A DNA stretch of 40,311 nt from Amoebophrya sp. A120 (Eukaryota > Protista > Dinoflagellata), in assembly GCA_905178155.1 (NCBI GenBank), contig CAJINV010000002.1:4222285-4262595 (forward strand), given 5' to 3'. The translations under genes and the position numbers were made by a program. The notes under the pieces were generated by a model, which was given only the letters and a program-made list of their open reading frames with translations, was not told the origin of the DNA and made no database searches. Numbering within the stretch: the first letter of the stretch is position 1; the number at the start of each line of letters is the position of its first letter. This document shows, one piece after another, positions 24,001-36,066 of the stretch.

Positions 24001-27000
24001 TCAGATGCATAAATATGTTGTCTTCAGTGCCTGGGTCGTTTGGAAAGAACTTGTGATGCAAGCGAGGGAATAACAATAAGAATGGACACACTCTAGTACT
24101 TTAATGCAGCGCTGCCGAGAATAAATATGACAACAAGCACAAGGCTCGTCTCCGTGCTGGTTCTTGCAACTACCTTCCAGACCCAGACACAGTAGATGAT
24201 TGCATTTCATAAACCTCGGACGAAATTTCGGACTTGGGGGGCGGCGTGCGTGTCACTCTACTCTGCGGGCATTCCTTTCACTCCATGTGCCTGTTGCGGT
24301 GGCTGGACCAAACCTGCCCGGTGTGTATGCATTGCAAATATGTCTGGGTCTGGAAACTTGTAATGCTGAGTGGCGTAGCCGTAGCAAAGCATGGGGAACC
24401 CATAAAGTGATGGCTCAGCATGACAAGCTTCTGAGCTCCTTCTAGGTGTTGCCTATTCTGCACGACAAACTGCGTCGCGCCTGCATCACAGAAAGATGGG
24501 GCTTTTGAATAACGTGCATGACAGACTTGAGAGGCTTGCTAGCCGAGCAAGACAAATATCGCTTTCTTCCAGGCCCAGGCATATTTGCATTCGATAGTGT
24601 GCCGCTTCCAACAATATCCCGCACCCATGTCTGTCCAACACTTCACCAGCACGGGCTGCGAGATATGGAATGCAAATATGTCTGGGTCTGGAACAAAGCA
24701 ACTTGTCATGCTAAATCTGAATCAGGTAAAAATCTGTGTTGCATCATTACCAAAAGCTCTCCACTTTTGACCTCCTAATCGAGAGGCAGTTTCTCATGCA
24801 GGATAGGCATGATAGAACAGTCACAGAGTCTGCCATGCTGTGTCGTACATACCAGACCTCATGGGTCATGGAAAACCTGCGTGACAAATCTGGCACTCTT
24901 CCAGACCCAGACTACATTTTTGCAGTTGATACGAGATCGAGTTGTGCGAATTCTACTGCAACACCGCGACACCCGACCCGGAAAACTTCTACCTGATAAC
25001 GCCGCTTCGTATGTGCCTCATTTGCGGTTTCACTGGCTGTCTCCCCCACGCGCTGTTTCATTTCGAAACCAACCCGGGGCACTGCTACGCGCTGGACCAC
25101 GCCACGCAAAAGGTCTTATCCTGTGCAAAAGTATCGTACTCGTATTGCAATCATGCATATACAAATCCTTTTGTTAACGTAAATCCGCATTGCAAATTAT
25201 TTTCTTTTCTCATGCTGAGCAAATTTTTTGTCATGCGATTTATACGAGTGCGATGCTTTTGGGTTTCATAAGTCTTTGACTACAGCAACAACGAGTTCGC
25301 GCATGATTTTCTTCTGGACCATGACGCTGGCGCCGTGTGTGAGGAGGCTCCACCTGTGGAGGACAGTGAGGTCCTCGTACCAGCGTTCGGGAAAATGGAA
25401 AACAGCCGACACAGGAGAGTGGAACAGCAGCAGCAGCAAAGCAGCTCGACTCTGATGAATAAAGAGGACCTAGCACCAGGGAAGAAGATGAAAGGTTTGA
25501 AGAGCAAGCACGCAATATGGGACTGTCAGGATCGAAATCGACAAAGTTGAAATATTTTCTGATGTATAAACTGCAATGCATGAAGTGCACCTCTTGTAGG
25601 GATGGCAAGTGAGGCCGACTGTCAGCCTAATTGGGGTCTGCGATAGAGCTGCTAAAGTAGCATGACAAGAGACGCCTTCTGTCCCTAAACAGCATCACAA
25701 AGTGGATTTAGACGGTGCCGAAATTTGTCATGCGGCGCTCGGAAATTTGGCTTCCAACTGGTTGTATCGATTTCATGCATTAAGTACAAGTTGTTTCAAC
25801 TTTGTCGATTTCAATTCTGACACTCCCATACGCCAAGAAGAAGCAAGAAAACGCGGTGATAGAGTTTAACCAGGTGCTCACACGGCAGATGGAGGAGCAA
25901 CGGCTGTATTTCGAGGATTTACTGGATATCCTGTGCAAAAGTATCGCACTCGTATAAATGCAAGTCTTGCATTACAAATCCTTTTCTTAAGGAAAATCCG
26001 CATTACAAATTTTATTTCTCATGCTGAGGGAATTTGTAATGCATTTATACGAGTGCGATGCTTTTGCAATTCATACTGGACAAAAAGGAGCAAGACGTGC
26101 AGTCGCTGAAGCGGGATTGCCTGCACAGGTTTATCAAAGTGAAAAATCCCCCCTCCCGCTCCCCATATCAAGACGAAAGTTCTGATCATGCTGGATTTGC
26201 GTACACAAATGACGTTGTCTTGCAATATTATAGGACTGCAGCCAGATCCTCAGACTGTTTAGGAGTGTAAGCGTCTAGCTGTTTAGCATGAGAGACGCCC
26301 GCCCTGTAGGCCCAACATCGCATGAGAAACCGCATCCACAATGCAGCGCACACAACAATGCTTGCCTTCTTGCACGACAGAGCTGATTTGTGACCACAAA
26401 TCTGCATCACAAATTTTCGGAGTGATGCCTTTTTGATATGGGGAGGGGGGATTTTTCGTCACAATAAGGTTAGAAGCGTTGTCTGTTGAGTTCGACACGG
26501 TTTTGCAACAGGAAGCGAGAAAAGCGGCGGAGTTGCAGCAAGCGAAAGCCAATCTGGAAACCTTACGGAGGAAACTCGAGGGCACGAAGAAGAAGAAACA
26601 AGACTGCGAGGCCGAAATTGAGAAGTACCAACATCTTCATGATGATCCCAACCACGGTACTACTGCTCCTCTTGGTGACGCATTAGCATCTTCATCATCT
26701 TCCGGGGGCGCATGGAATAGAAGTCAACCGGTACTATCAACAAGTAGAACTACCGCACGACCCTCGCCTGATGTGCAAGCACTGGCGATGCCGGCCTCGG
26801 TCCCTCGTCTGCTCACCAGTTGCTCTTCGTCTCCGGCAACATCAGCACCGTCCTCCTCGGTCAGCATATCAAAGTTGTGCACAACTCCCCCTGCCACTCG
26901 TTTGTCATGCAAAATTATACCAAATCCAAGCAGATGCAGATCCACCCTTTGCCCGTTGGCGCTGCTTGCATGACCAGTACTGGCAGCAGGTGCCCAAGTA

Positions 27001-27630
27001 GCACTACAAGTTATTATCCTGTGCAGGTAGTTTGTCATGCAAAACCTGCATGATATTCTTGCTGACGCTTGTATAGGTGTTCACGCCAACATGTTACAAA
27101 TAAAGAGAGATGGGGACGAGACGAGTCGTGCACTCGGATACAACAAGCCATTAACCGCGAAGGAGAAGAAAAACCAGGAAAAGGCATTGATCAAACAGCT
27201 GAAACAGGAATATTAAAAGGAAAAACTCCCCCTCCCCACATTGTCATTGAAAAGGTATGTTTCCGAAAATTTGCGTTGCTGATTTGTGGGCACAAATCAC
27301 ATTTGTCTTGCAAGAAGACAAGGGCAGAAGCTTCCGTCCCACTATGGAAGCGATTTGCCATGCTCTTGGGCCTAAAGGGCAGCCATTTGCAATGCTGAAC
27401 AACTAGACCGAAGCGCCGCCATTTAGGCTGGGAATCTGGCCGCAGTGCCTTCCTGCAATACAGAGCTGATTTGTGTACACAAATCCAGCGCCAGAAGTTC
27501 CGTTTTGATATGGAGAGGGGGGATTTTTGCCTTTGATAAGGAGGTAGAAGAGTTGAAAATGAATGTGCGCATGAAAGCAAAATTCAAAAAAGAGCAACTA
27601 GAAAACTCTGGGGTGCTGGGAACCATGTAA
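21058..27630 (+). CDS. BRAP: Gene 3: BRCA1-associated protein (BRAP2/IMP/ETP1-type) E3 ligase with BRAP2, RING-H2, ZnF-UBP and coiled-coil regions; 14 introners
   Basis: Spliced product contains IDYWSGNPAVALVEGVL; LCSNVPNVLTPSEFC; RING-H2 CMVCLE...[27 protein letters not shown]; ZnF-UBP MCLICGFTGC..HALFHFE..GHCYALDHATQKVFDY; and EFNQVLTRQMEEQRLYFE. Stop TAA 27628-27630. The start at 21058 needs a 1-nt correction in a T9 run. Confidence 0.9.
21331..21537. mobile_element. Introner, E/H-like
   Basis: TATCG..GAAAAAA / TTTTTTC..CGATA; DR atggc/atggc. Confidence 0.85.
21748..21960. mobile_element. Introner family G
   Basis: TIR; DR agccc/aaccc. Confidence 0.9.
21999..22234. mobile_element. Introner family D
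   Basis: TIR; DR cgagt/cgagt. Confidence 0.9.
22314..22571. mobile_element. Introner family A
   Basis: TIR; DR atgca/atgca. Confidence 0.9.
23035..23246. mobile_element. Introner family E
   Basis: TIR; DR ttcgc/ttcgc. Confidence 0.9.
23999..24211. mobile_element. Introner family A, degenerate
   Basis: DR aacct/aacct; splits the RING domain. Confidence 0.85.
24326..24596. mobile_element. Introner family A (reverse orientation relative to 17368)
   Basis: DR gtgtg/gtgtg; splits the last RING Cys codon (CPVC|RF). Confidence 0.92.
24664..24931. mobile_element. Introner family A (reverse orientation relative to 3617)
   Basis: TIR; DR cgaga/cgaga. Confidence 0.9.
25117..25270. mobile_element. 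Introner family B (reverse orientation)
   Basis: DR ggtct/agtct; joins TQKV|FDY. Confidence 0.9.
25516..25830. mobile_element. Introner family C (reverse orientation)
   Basis: TIR; DR cgcaa/cgcca. Confidence 0.9.
25927..26075. mobile_element. Introner family B (reverse orientation)
   Basis: TIR; DR ctgga/ctgga. Confidence 0.9.
26132..26466. mobile_element. Introner family F (reverse orientation)
   Basis: TIR; DR aggtt/aggtt. Confidence 0.9.
26867..27140. mobile_element. Introner family G
   Basis: TIR; DR cagca/caaca. Confidence 0.85.
27211..27538. mobile_element. Introner family F
   Basis: TIR; DR aggaa/aggag. Confidence 0.9.
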
Positions 27631-28365
27631 AAATCATGATCTAGATTGTGAGTTGCAGGTGGATGTCTATTGTGATCTTGGCTTTTAATATTTCCCCATT
27701 TTTGCTTGTTGTTCCGATTTTTCATTTTCCGTCGAAGTGATCAGGAGTTGCTTCCTGTTTTAGACGAAATACTAATAAAAAATCCTCCTTGTCGTGATCA
27801 TGAAACATGATCAAGATCATTTTCTGCATGTGTGGCCTCCTCGATTGCGAGGTCAGGAGCAGATCAGAGTGAAAGAATGTACTCAAACGATCGACCCGGA
27901 CCCAAAATAAAGGGCGCTAGCCTGCAGAGATCACACGAAATCGCTTCTCCGATCAAACGAAAGTAAGCTTTCACGTCTCGCGAACGTAGTTGCCTGTCGT
28001 GATAAAGATCGCGTCCTCCCGAAAAAGTAATAATTCCGTATCGGTTGAATACTAAGATGATCCGAAAAATGCAAAAAGATATGGGATTTCGAACACCAGC
28101 AGTGTCGCGAGATCAGCAGGCGAAACAAATCCTTCTGCAGGCGGTCAAGAAATACCTTGGACACCAACAAAGAAAAACTAGAGCAGTTAGAGGAGGACGC
28201 AACTTCGGTTGACTTTTCAGCATTACATATAGGAACTACAAGGCCGCAGCTTATGTCGCGTAGTGGGAGGGTGAACGAGTGGACAGGGGGGAAGGAAAAT
28301 CGCCAGAGGGTGGGCAAGGGAAAAAATTACTATTGAAACTGCAGCAACTAGCCAAAATTGGCATT

Positions 28366-28655
28366 CCTACCCTGGTTCCAGGGTAGGTTCCAGGGTAGGT
28401 TCCGGGGTAGGTAACACGAGGGGACAGTGGATTTAAGAGGGGGGGGGGTACAGCCTACCCAGGAACCGACCCAGGAACCGACTCAACCCGACTCCTCAGC
28501 CGACCGATACAGCTCGGGGAAAAAAACAAACACGAGCTGTGGAGTCGGGTGAGGAGTCGGGTAAAAGTCGGGTCCAGGGTAGGTTTTGAGTCGGGTAAAG
28601 TCGGGTAAATAGCTCGGGAAAGGCAAAGCGACCTTGCCCGACTCTACCCGACTCC
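28366..28655. repeat. Cluster of short direct and inverted repeats (GGGTAGGTTCC, GAGTCGGGT and their complements)
   Basis: gttccagggtag-like x3 faces cctacccaggaac; acccgactcctca faces tgaggagtcgggt. Confidence 0.7.
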
Positions 28656-28665
28656 AGCCGATGCG

Positions 28666-28870
28666 ATATCATTTGCGAATCTGTCTGGGTCTGGAAGCGC
28701 CCAACTTTGTCATGCATATTTTGCATGATCCACTATGATGCGCACTACTTTGCCGCCCATGTCTTGCATGATCCACTTTGTCGCGCGTGTTTTGTATAAG
28801 CCCACTTTTGTCATGCATATTTTGCATGATCCATCTTTTGCATGATCCATCACAAGTTGGATGCTTCCAG
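28666..28870. mobile_element. Orphan family-A left end followed by tandemly amplified TTTGTCATGCATATTTTGCATGATCC
   Basis: TATCATTTGCGAATCTGTCTGGGTCTGGAA; no matching right TIR seen. Confidence 0.6.
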
Positions 28871-28974
28871 TCCCCTTCCAGCTCGCGCAGCTCTTGATCA
28901 TCAAACACAAAGAACCACGACGACCATAAAACGCAAAGCACGGCGGCCTCTACTTCCCAAGGGCCTGGCCTGCG

Positions 28975-31900
28975 CAGCTGGGCCGGGCGGCTTCTCGTGG
29001 TAAAAAAGTGCCGAAAAAACTGCGCCGGGCGGACGCAGTTCGCAAACCAGAGAAGGGCACTGGAGAGAACCAGTCTTGCCGGGCTGTTTCTCGCGGAAGG
29101 AAATTCGTGAGAAAGCCGCGGCGCGCGGGCACTTTTCGCAAACCAGACACATGCAAAAAGGCCCGGCCTGGCCGGGTTGTTTCTCGTGGTAGAATGAAAA
29201 GTGCCGAGAAGGTTGCGCCGCGCGGACACTTTTCACACACCGGAAACACGCAAGAAGGCCCAGCCTGGCCGGGTTGTTTCTCGTGGTGAAAAAGTGCCGG
29301 AAAAGGTGCGCCGCGCGGACATTTTTCGCAAACCAGAAACACGCAATGGGGCCCAGTCCGGCCGGATTGTTTCTCGTGGTAGAAAAATGCCGAGGAAGCT
29401 GCTTCGCGCGACCACCTTCGCAAAGAAAACAGAAACGCGCAAAGGGGCCCAGTCTGGTGAGGCTGTTTCCCGTGGTAAAAAAGTGCCGGAAAAACTGCGC
29501 CGCGCGGGCACTTTTCGCAAACCGGTAACACGCAAAAAGGCCCAGGCTGGCCGGGCTGCTTCTCGTTGTAGAAAAATGCCGAGCAAGCTGCGTCGCGCGA
29601 CCACTTTCGCAAAACAGAAACACGCAAACAAAGCGGCCCAATCTGGCGAGGCTGTCTCTCGTGGTAAAACAGTGCCGGGCAAACTGCGCCGCGCGGGCAT
29701 TTTTCGCAAACCGACAACAAACAAAGAGGCCCAGTCTGGCGAGGCTGTTTCCCGTGGTAAAAAAGTGCCGGGCAAACTGCGTCGCGCGGGCACTTTTCGC
29801 AGACCGACAACACGCAGAAAGGCCCAGTCTGGCGAGGCTGTTGCTCGTGGTAAAAAAGTGCCGGGCAAACTGCGGCGCGCGGGCATTTTTCGCAAACCGA
29901 CAAAACGCAGGCAAAAAGGCCCAGTCTGGCGAGACTGTTACCCGTGGATGGTAAAAAAGTGCCGGGCGAACTGCGTCGCGCGGGCACTTTTCGTAAACCG
30001 ACACCACGCAAGAAGGCCCAGTCTGGCGGGGCTGTTTCCCGTGGTTGGTAACAAAGTGCCGGGCAAACTGCGTCGCGCGGGCACTTTTCGCAAACCGACA
30101 CCACGCAAAAAGGCCCAGTCTGGCGAGGCTGTTTCCTGTGGTAAAAAAGCGCCGGGCAAACTGCGTTGCGCGGGCACTTTTCGCAAACCGACAACACGCA
30201 AAAAGACCCCGCCTGGCGGGCTGTTTCTCGTGGTAAAAAAGTACCGGGCAAACTGCGTCGCGCGGGCACTTTTCGCAAACCGACAACACGCAAAGAGGTC
30301 CAGGCTGGCGAAGCTGTTTCGGGTGGTAAAAAAGTGCCGGGGCAACTGCGTCGCGCGGGCACTTTTCGCAAACCGGCAACACGCAAAGAGGTCCGGTCTG
30401 GCGGGTTGTTTCTCGTGGTAAAAAAGTGCCGGGCAAACTGCGCCGCGCGGGAACTTTTCGCAAACCGACAACACGCAAAGAGGCCCAGGCTGGCGCGGCT
30501 GTTTCTCGTGGTAAAAAAGTGCCGGACGAACTGCGTCGCGCGGGCACTTTTCGCAAACCGACAACACGCAAAGAGGCGGGGCCCAGTCTGCTGAGGCTGT
30601 TTCCCGTGGTAAAAAAGTGCCGGACAAACTGCGCCGCGCGGGCACTTTTCGCAAACCGACAACACGCAAAGCGGCCCAGTCTGGTGCGGTTGTCTCCCGT
30701 GGTAAAAAAGTGCCGGACAAACTGCGTCGCGCGGGAACTTTTCGCAAACCGACAACGCGCAAAGAGGCCCAGTCTGGTGAGGCTGTCTCCCGTGGTAAAA
30801 AAGTGCCGGGCAAACTGCGTCGCGCGGGCACTTTTCGCAAACCGACTGACGCCACGCAAGGGGGCCCAGTCTGGCGAGGCTGTTTCCCGTGGTAACAAAG
30901 TGCCGGGCAAAATTCTGCGCGCGGGCACTTTTCGCAAACCAACAACACGCAAAGAGGCCCAGTCTGGCGAGGCTGTTCCCCGTGGTAAAAAAGTGCCGGG
31001 CAAAATTCTGCGCGCGGGCACTTTTCGCAAACCGACAACACGCAAAAAGGCCCAGTCTGGCGAGGCTGTTTCTCGTGGTAAAAAAGTGCCGGGCAAACTG
31101 CGCCGCGCGGGCACATTTCGCAAACCGACACCACGCAAAGAGGCCCAGTCTGGCAAGGCTGTTTCTCGTGGTAATAAAATGCCGGGCAAACTGCGTCGCG
31201 CGAGCACTTTTCGCAAACCGACAACACGCAAAGTAAGGGGCCCCGTCTGGCGGGTTGTTTCTCGTGGTAAAAAAGTGCCGGACAGACTGCGTCGCGCGGG
31301 CACTTTTCGCAAACCGACAACACGCAAAAAGGCCCCGTCTAGCGCGGCTGTGGCTCGTGGTAAAAAAGTGCCGGGCAAACTGCGTCGCGCGGGCACTTTT
31401 CGCAAACCGACAACACGCAAAAGGGTCCCGGTTGTTTCTCGTGGTAAAAAAGTGCCGGGCAAACTGCGTCGCGCGGGCACTTTTCGCAAACCGACAACAC
31501 GCAAAAGGGCCCCGTCTAGCGCGGCTGTGGCTCGTGGTAAAAAAGTGCCGGGCAAACTGCGTCGCGCGGGCACTTTTCGCAAACCGACAACACGCAAAAA
31601 GGCCCAGTCTGGCGAGGCTGTTTCCCGTGGTAAAAAAGTGCCGGGCAAACTGCGTCGCGCGGGCACTTTTCGCAAACCGACAACACGCAAAAAGGCCCAG
31701 TCTGGCGAGGCTGTTTCCCGTGGTAAAAAAGTGCCGGACAAACTGCGCCGCGCGGGCACTTTTCGCAAACCGACAACACGCAAAGAGGCCCAGTCTGGCG
31801 AGGCTGTTTCCCGTGGTAAAAAAGTGCCGGACAAACTGCGTCGCGCGGGAACTTTTCGCAAACCGACAACGCGCAAAGCGTTCCAGTCCGGCGCGGCTGT

Positions 31901-33360
31901 TTCTCGTGGTAAAAAAGTGGCGGGCAAACTGCGACGCGCGGGCATTTTTCGCAAGCCGACAACGCGCAAAGAGGCCCAGTCTGGCGCGGCTGTTTCTCGT
32001 GGTAAAAAAGTGGCGGGCAAACTGCGTCGCGCGGGCACTTTTCGCAAACCGACACCACGAAAACAAAGAGGCCCAGTCTGGCGAGGCAGTTTCCCGCGGT
32101 AAAAAAATTCCGGACAAACTGCGTCGCGCGGGCATTTTTCGCAAACCGACAACACGCAAAGAGGCCCAGTCTGGCGAGGCTGTTTCTCATGGTAAAAAAG
32201 TGCCGCACAAACTGCGTCGCGCGGGAACTTTTCGCAAACCGACAACACGCAAAAAGGCCCCGCCTGGCACGGCTGTTTGCTTCTCGTGGTAAAAAAGTGC
32301 CGGGCAAACTGCGCCGCGCGGGCACTTTTCGCAAACCGACAACACGCAAAAGGGCCCAGTCTGGCGAGGCTTTCTCCCGTGGTAAAAAAGTGCCGGGCAA
32401 ACTGCGCCACGCGGGCAATTTTCGCAAACCGACAACACGCAAAGTAAGAGGCCCAGTCTGGCGGGGCTGTTTCTCGTGGTAAAAAAGTGCCGGACAAACT
32501 GCGCCGCGCGGGCACTTTTCGCAAACCGACACGACGCAAAGAGGCCCCGACTGGCGGGCTGTTTCTCGTGGTAAAAAAGTGCCGGGCCAACTGCGTCGCG
32601 CGGGCACTTTTCGCAAACCGAGAACACGCAAACGGGCCGAGTCTGGTGAGGCTGTTCCCCATGATAAAAAAGTGCCGGAAAAACCGCCTCGCTTGGGCAC
32701 TTTTCGCAAACCGACAACACGCAAAAAGGTCCAGCCTGGCGAGGCTGTTTCCCGTTGTAAAAAAGTGCCAAGCGTGTTGCGTCGCGCGGACACTTTTCGC
32801 AAACCAGAAACAAACAAAAAGGCCCAGGCTGGCCGGGCTGTTTCTCGTGGTTGGTAAAAAAGTGCCGGAAGAGCTGCGTCGCGCGAGCACTTTCCGCAAA
32901 CCGACAACATACACGCAAGCAGGCCCAGTCTGGCCGGGTTGTTTCTCGTGCTAGGAAAATGCCGAGGAAGCTGCGCCGCGCGACCACTTTCGCAAACCAG
33001 AAGCACGCAAAGAGGTCCAGTCTGGCCGGGCGGTTTCCTGTGGTAAAAAAGTGCCGAGGGAGCTGCGCCGCGCGGCACCCAGCCACCATTTCGCAAACCG
33101 GCACGCACGCAGCACGCAAAGAGGCCCAATCTGGTCGGGTTGTTTCTTGTGGCAGAGAAAGGCCGAGAAAGCTGCGGCGCACGCGCGGCCAATTTCGCAA
33201 ACCAGAAACACACGAAAAGGCCCAGGCAGGCCGGGACGTCGCTCGTGGTTAAAAAGCGCCGAGGAAGCAAGCTGCGTCGCGCGGACACTTTTCGCAAGCC
33301 ATCCAGTCAGAAACAAGCAAAGCGGCCCAGCCTTGCCGGGCTGTTTCTCGTGGTAGAGAA
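28975..33360. repeat. 93-bp satellite array, ~47 copies
   Basis: Unit GGCCCAGTCTGGCGAGGCTGTTTCTCGTGGTAAAAAAGTGCCGGGCAAACTGCGTCGCGCGGGCACTTTTCGCAAACCGACAACACGCAAAGA; homogeneous centre, diverged edges. Confidence 0.95.
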
Positions 33361-34659
33361 TTTCGCTGCCTTTCCGGCCGGTGCGGGCTTCCTAAGTAAG
33401 TAAGATCCAGGCCTATGGACCAAAAGCCGGGCGATGACTTCCGTGAGGCTGGGGGCAGCTTCCTTCCGCAGGCGCGCCGCCGGCTTTTAGAAGTTAGGCC
33501 GCCAGCAGCTTCGCTCTCTCCACAACTACAAGTAAGGCCGCCAGGCAGCGGCGCCCATTGGTCCGGCGCCGACTTCCAAACGCCTGCCATCAGCTTGCAG
33601 GGGTCCGGCCGGTGCCGAAGTCCTGCATGTGCATGCAAGGGAACGCGCCACCCCTTGGGCGCCCTATGTGGTAGGCCGCTGGGGGTGGCGCAGCAATCAG
33701 TGGCCATTTGTATACTTCGCGACGCGCGTCCCCGTTGCGGCCGCTGCGCTCAAATGTCGCGAGGAGCAAGCCCGCCCGGCCTCGGAAACTGCCCGGGCCG
33801 CCCAATACCCTCCAAAGATGCAAGGTCTCCGCACGGGGGCCCCAGCCCCCGTGCTCGGACCTTGTTTATGATGCAGGGCGGGGCCAGGCATCTGCGCCGC
33901 TTCTTGCTGAAAGAACGAAGGCGGAGCGCCATGGCGCCCGTGGTTCCAGTCTCTGCGCGAGCGCGAGGACCCCACCCGCATGGGGCGCGCATTTGCGTGG
34001 CGGCAAGCCGTAGGCCCAAGCAACAACGCAAAGCGCGGCAGCGGGCGGGCGCCAGTGGACGGGGGAAGGAAGCAGGGGAACAGCCCGCGCCATGCGAGGC
34101 GTTGGCGCGTGACGCCATGCCCGCGCGTTTGCGGCGTGGCCCGCTCGTGCCGCTTGCCTTTGTGCCCCGGTTGCCCCTGCGCCCCTTTGTGCCCCCCGCG
34201 GCCTTCCCCCGCGCGCAGGCAGGCTTGCAGAGCGGGGGCCCCTGTCGCGCGCGTGGATGGAGGCAGCATGGGCGCCGGGGCGGGGCATTCATTGGCTGCC
34301 CCCCAGGCGCAGGGGCCCACCACCCTCCCCCAGCACCCCCGGACAACAGCGGCGCCCCCCGCGTTAGCTCGCACGCAGTAATCTGCTCCGCCCCCGCCTG
34401 CTTCCCTTGCACGCACCGCCCAAGACAGAGACGGCGGACGGTGGCGCCCTCTGCCGGTCTCCTCGTGAGCAGAGAGAGGGAGGGCGCCGGGGGAGGGTGG
34501 TGGGCAGCTGCCCGCCTGCAAACCTGGCGCCGGGGCGCGGCTTGCCCTTCGCGAACAGAGGGAGGGCGCCGGGGGAGGGTGGTGGGCAGCTGCTCGCCTG
34601 GGGCTTGGCCGCCGGCGGCGTTCCCCGTCCCGTGCCCCCCGCCTTCTTTGCGCCCCCCG

Positions 34660-35350
34660 CCCGTGCTTCCATCCCGCTATCCCCGTGTTTCCCGGTTTCC
34701 CGTGCTTCCCGCTTTCCCCGTGTTTCCCGCTTCCCCCGTTCTTCCCGCCTTCCCCGTGCCTCCCACCTTTCTCGTGCTTCCCGTTTTTCCCGTGCTCCCC
34801 GCTTTCCCTATGCTTCCCGCTTTCCCTATGCTTCCCGCTTTCCCTATGCTTCCCGCTTTCCCTATGCTTCCCGCTTTCCCCGTGCCTCCCGCTTTCCCCG
34901 TGCTTCCCGCTTCCCCCGTGCCCCCCGCTTTCCCCGTGCTTCCCGCTTCCGCCGTGCATCCCGCTGCCGCCGTGCTTCCCGCTTTCCCCGCGCTTGCCGT
35001 TTTCCCCCTGCTTCCAGCGCTCCCCGTGCTTCCCGCTTTCCCCGTGCTTCCCGCTGTCCCCTTGCTTCCCGCTTTCCTCGTGCTTCCCGCTTTCCCCGTG
35101 CTTCTCCCTCGCTTTCCCCGTGCTTCCCGCTCTCCCCGTGCTTCCCGCGTTCCCCGTGCTTCCCGCTTTCCCCGTGCTTCCCGCGTTCCCCGTGCTTCCC
35201 GCGTTCCCCGTGCTCCCCGCCTTCCCCGTGCTTCCCGCCTTCCCCGTGCTTCCCGCTTTCCCCGTGGGTGCCGCTTGCTAGCTTTCCGCCCCGCCTTTCC
35301 GGTTCTTCCCGTTTTTCCCGTGCTTTTCGCCTTCCCCGTGCTCTTCACTC
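34660..35350. repeat. 18-bp pyrimidine-rich minisatellite (CCCGTGCTTCCCGCTTTC)
   Basis: Seen directly as a tandem repeat. Confidence 0.9.
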
Positions 35351-35424
35351 CCCCCATGCTCCCCGCCCTCTTCGCGGTCTTCGCTTTCAAAGCTGTGAAA
35401 CCGGGGAGACAGGCTTTCGGGAGT

Positions 35425-35757
35425 TTGTTGCAAAATATTTTCTCCTGATGCAAATATTTCTCGGGGATTGCAAAACTTTTTGGGTCGCGAAACATTTCGG
35501 ACCGCAAAATATTTTGCGGCGCAAAATATTTGGACTTGCGAAATTTTTGGACTTGCGGAATTTTTGGAATTGCGGAATTTTTGGACTTGCGAAATATTTC
35601 GAGTCGCAAAATATTTGAAGCTGCAAAATATTTGGAGTTGCAAAATATTTTGGGTTGAGAAATATCTTGCGTTGCAAAATATTTGGACTTGCGAAGTATT
35701 TTGATCGCAAAATCTTTGAAGCCACAGAATATTTGAAGTTGCAAAATATTTTGCGAG
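35425..35757. repeat. ~18-bp AT-rich palindromic minisatellite (TTGCAAAATATTTGGAC-like)
   Basis: Repeated GCAAAATATTT(TGC) units. Confidence 0.85.
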
Positions 35758-35764
35758 TTGCGGC

Positions 35765-36066
35765 GTGGCCGCTGGCCGTTTGCGATTTGGCCGCTGGCCG
35801 TTCGCTGGCCGTTGGCCGTTCGCTGGCCGTTGGCCGTTGGCCGTTTGCGATTTGGCCGCTTGCCATTTGGCCGTTGGCCGTTTGCGATTTGGACGTTGGA
35901 CGTTGGCCGTTTGCCATTTGGCCGTTTGCGATTTGGCCGTTTGCGATTTGGCCGTTGGCCGTTTGCGATTTGGCCGCTGGCCGTTGGCCGTTTGCGATTT
36001 GGCCGTTTGCGATTTGGCCGTTGGCCGTTGGCCGTTTGCGATGTGGCCGGTTGCCGTTGGCCGTTG
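35765..36066. repeat. TGGCCGT / TTGCGATT micro-minisatellite
   Basis: Seen directly as a tandem repeat. Confidence 0.9.

Noticed and set aside
26735-26760. TATCAAC as another introner start
   Set aside because: No family TIR or partner end is present, and the BRAP2 frame reads straight through.
3612-27543. Apparent excess of synonymous differences between the two direct-repeat copies
   Set aside because: About 10 of 20 mismatched pairs in genes 1-3 are synonymous, which is compatible with one neutral copy plus one coding copy.
28975-33360. CRISPR array
   Set aside because: The units are contiguous with no unique spacers, there are no cas genes, and the context is eukaryotic.
28901-33403. 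Very long ORFs (up to 1337 aa) on both strands of the 93-bp array
   Set aside because: The unit length is a multiple of 3 and lacks stops in several frames. Indels switch frames freely, so these are satellite artefacts.
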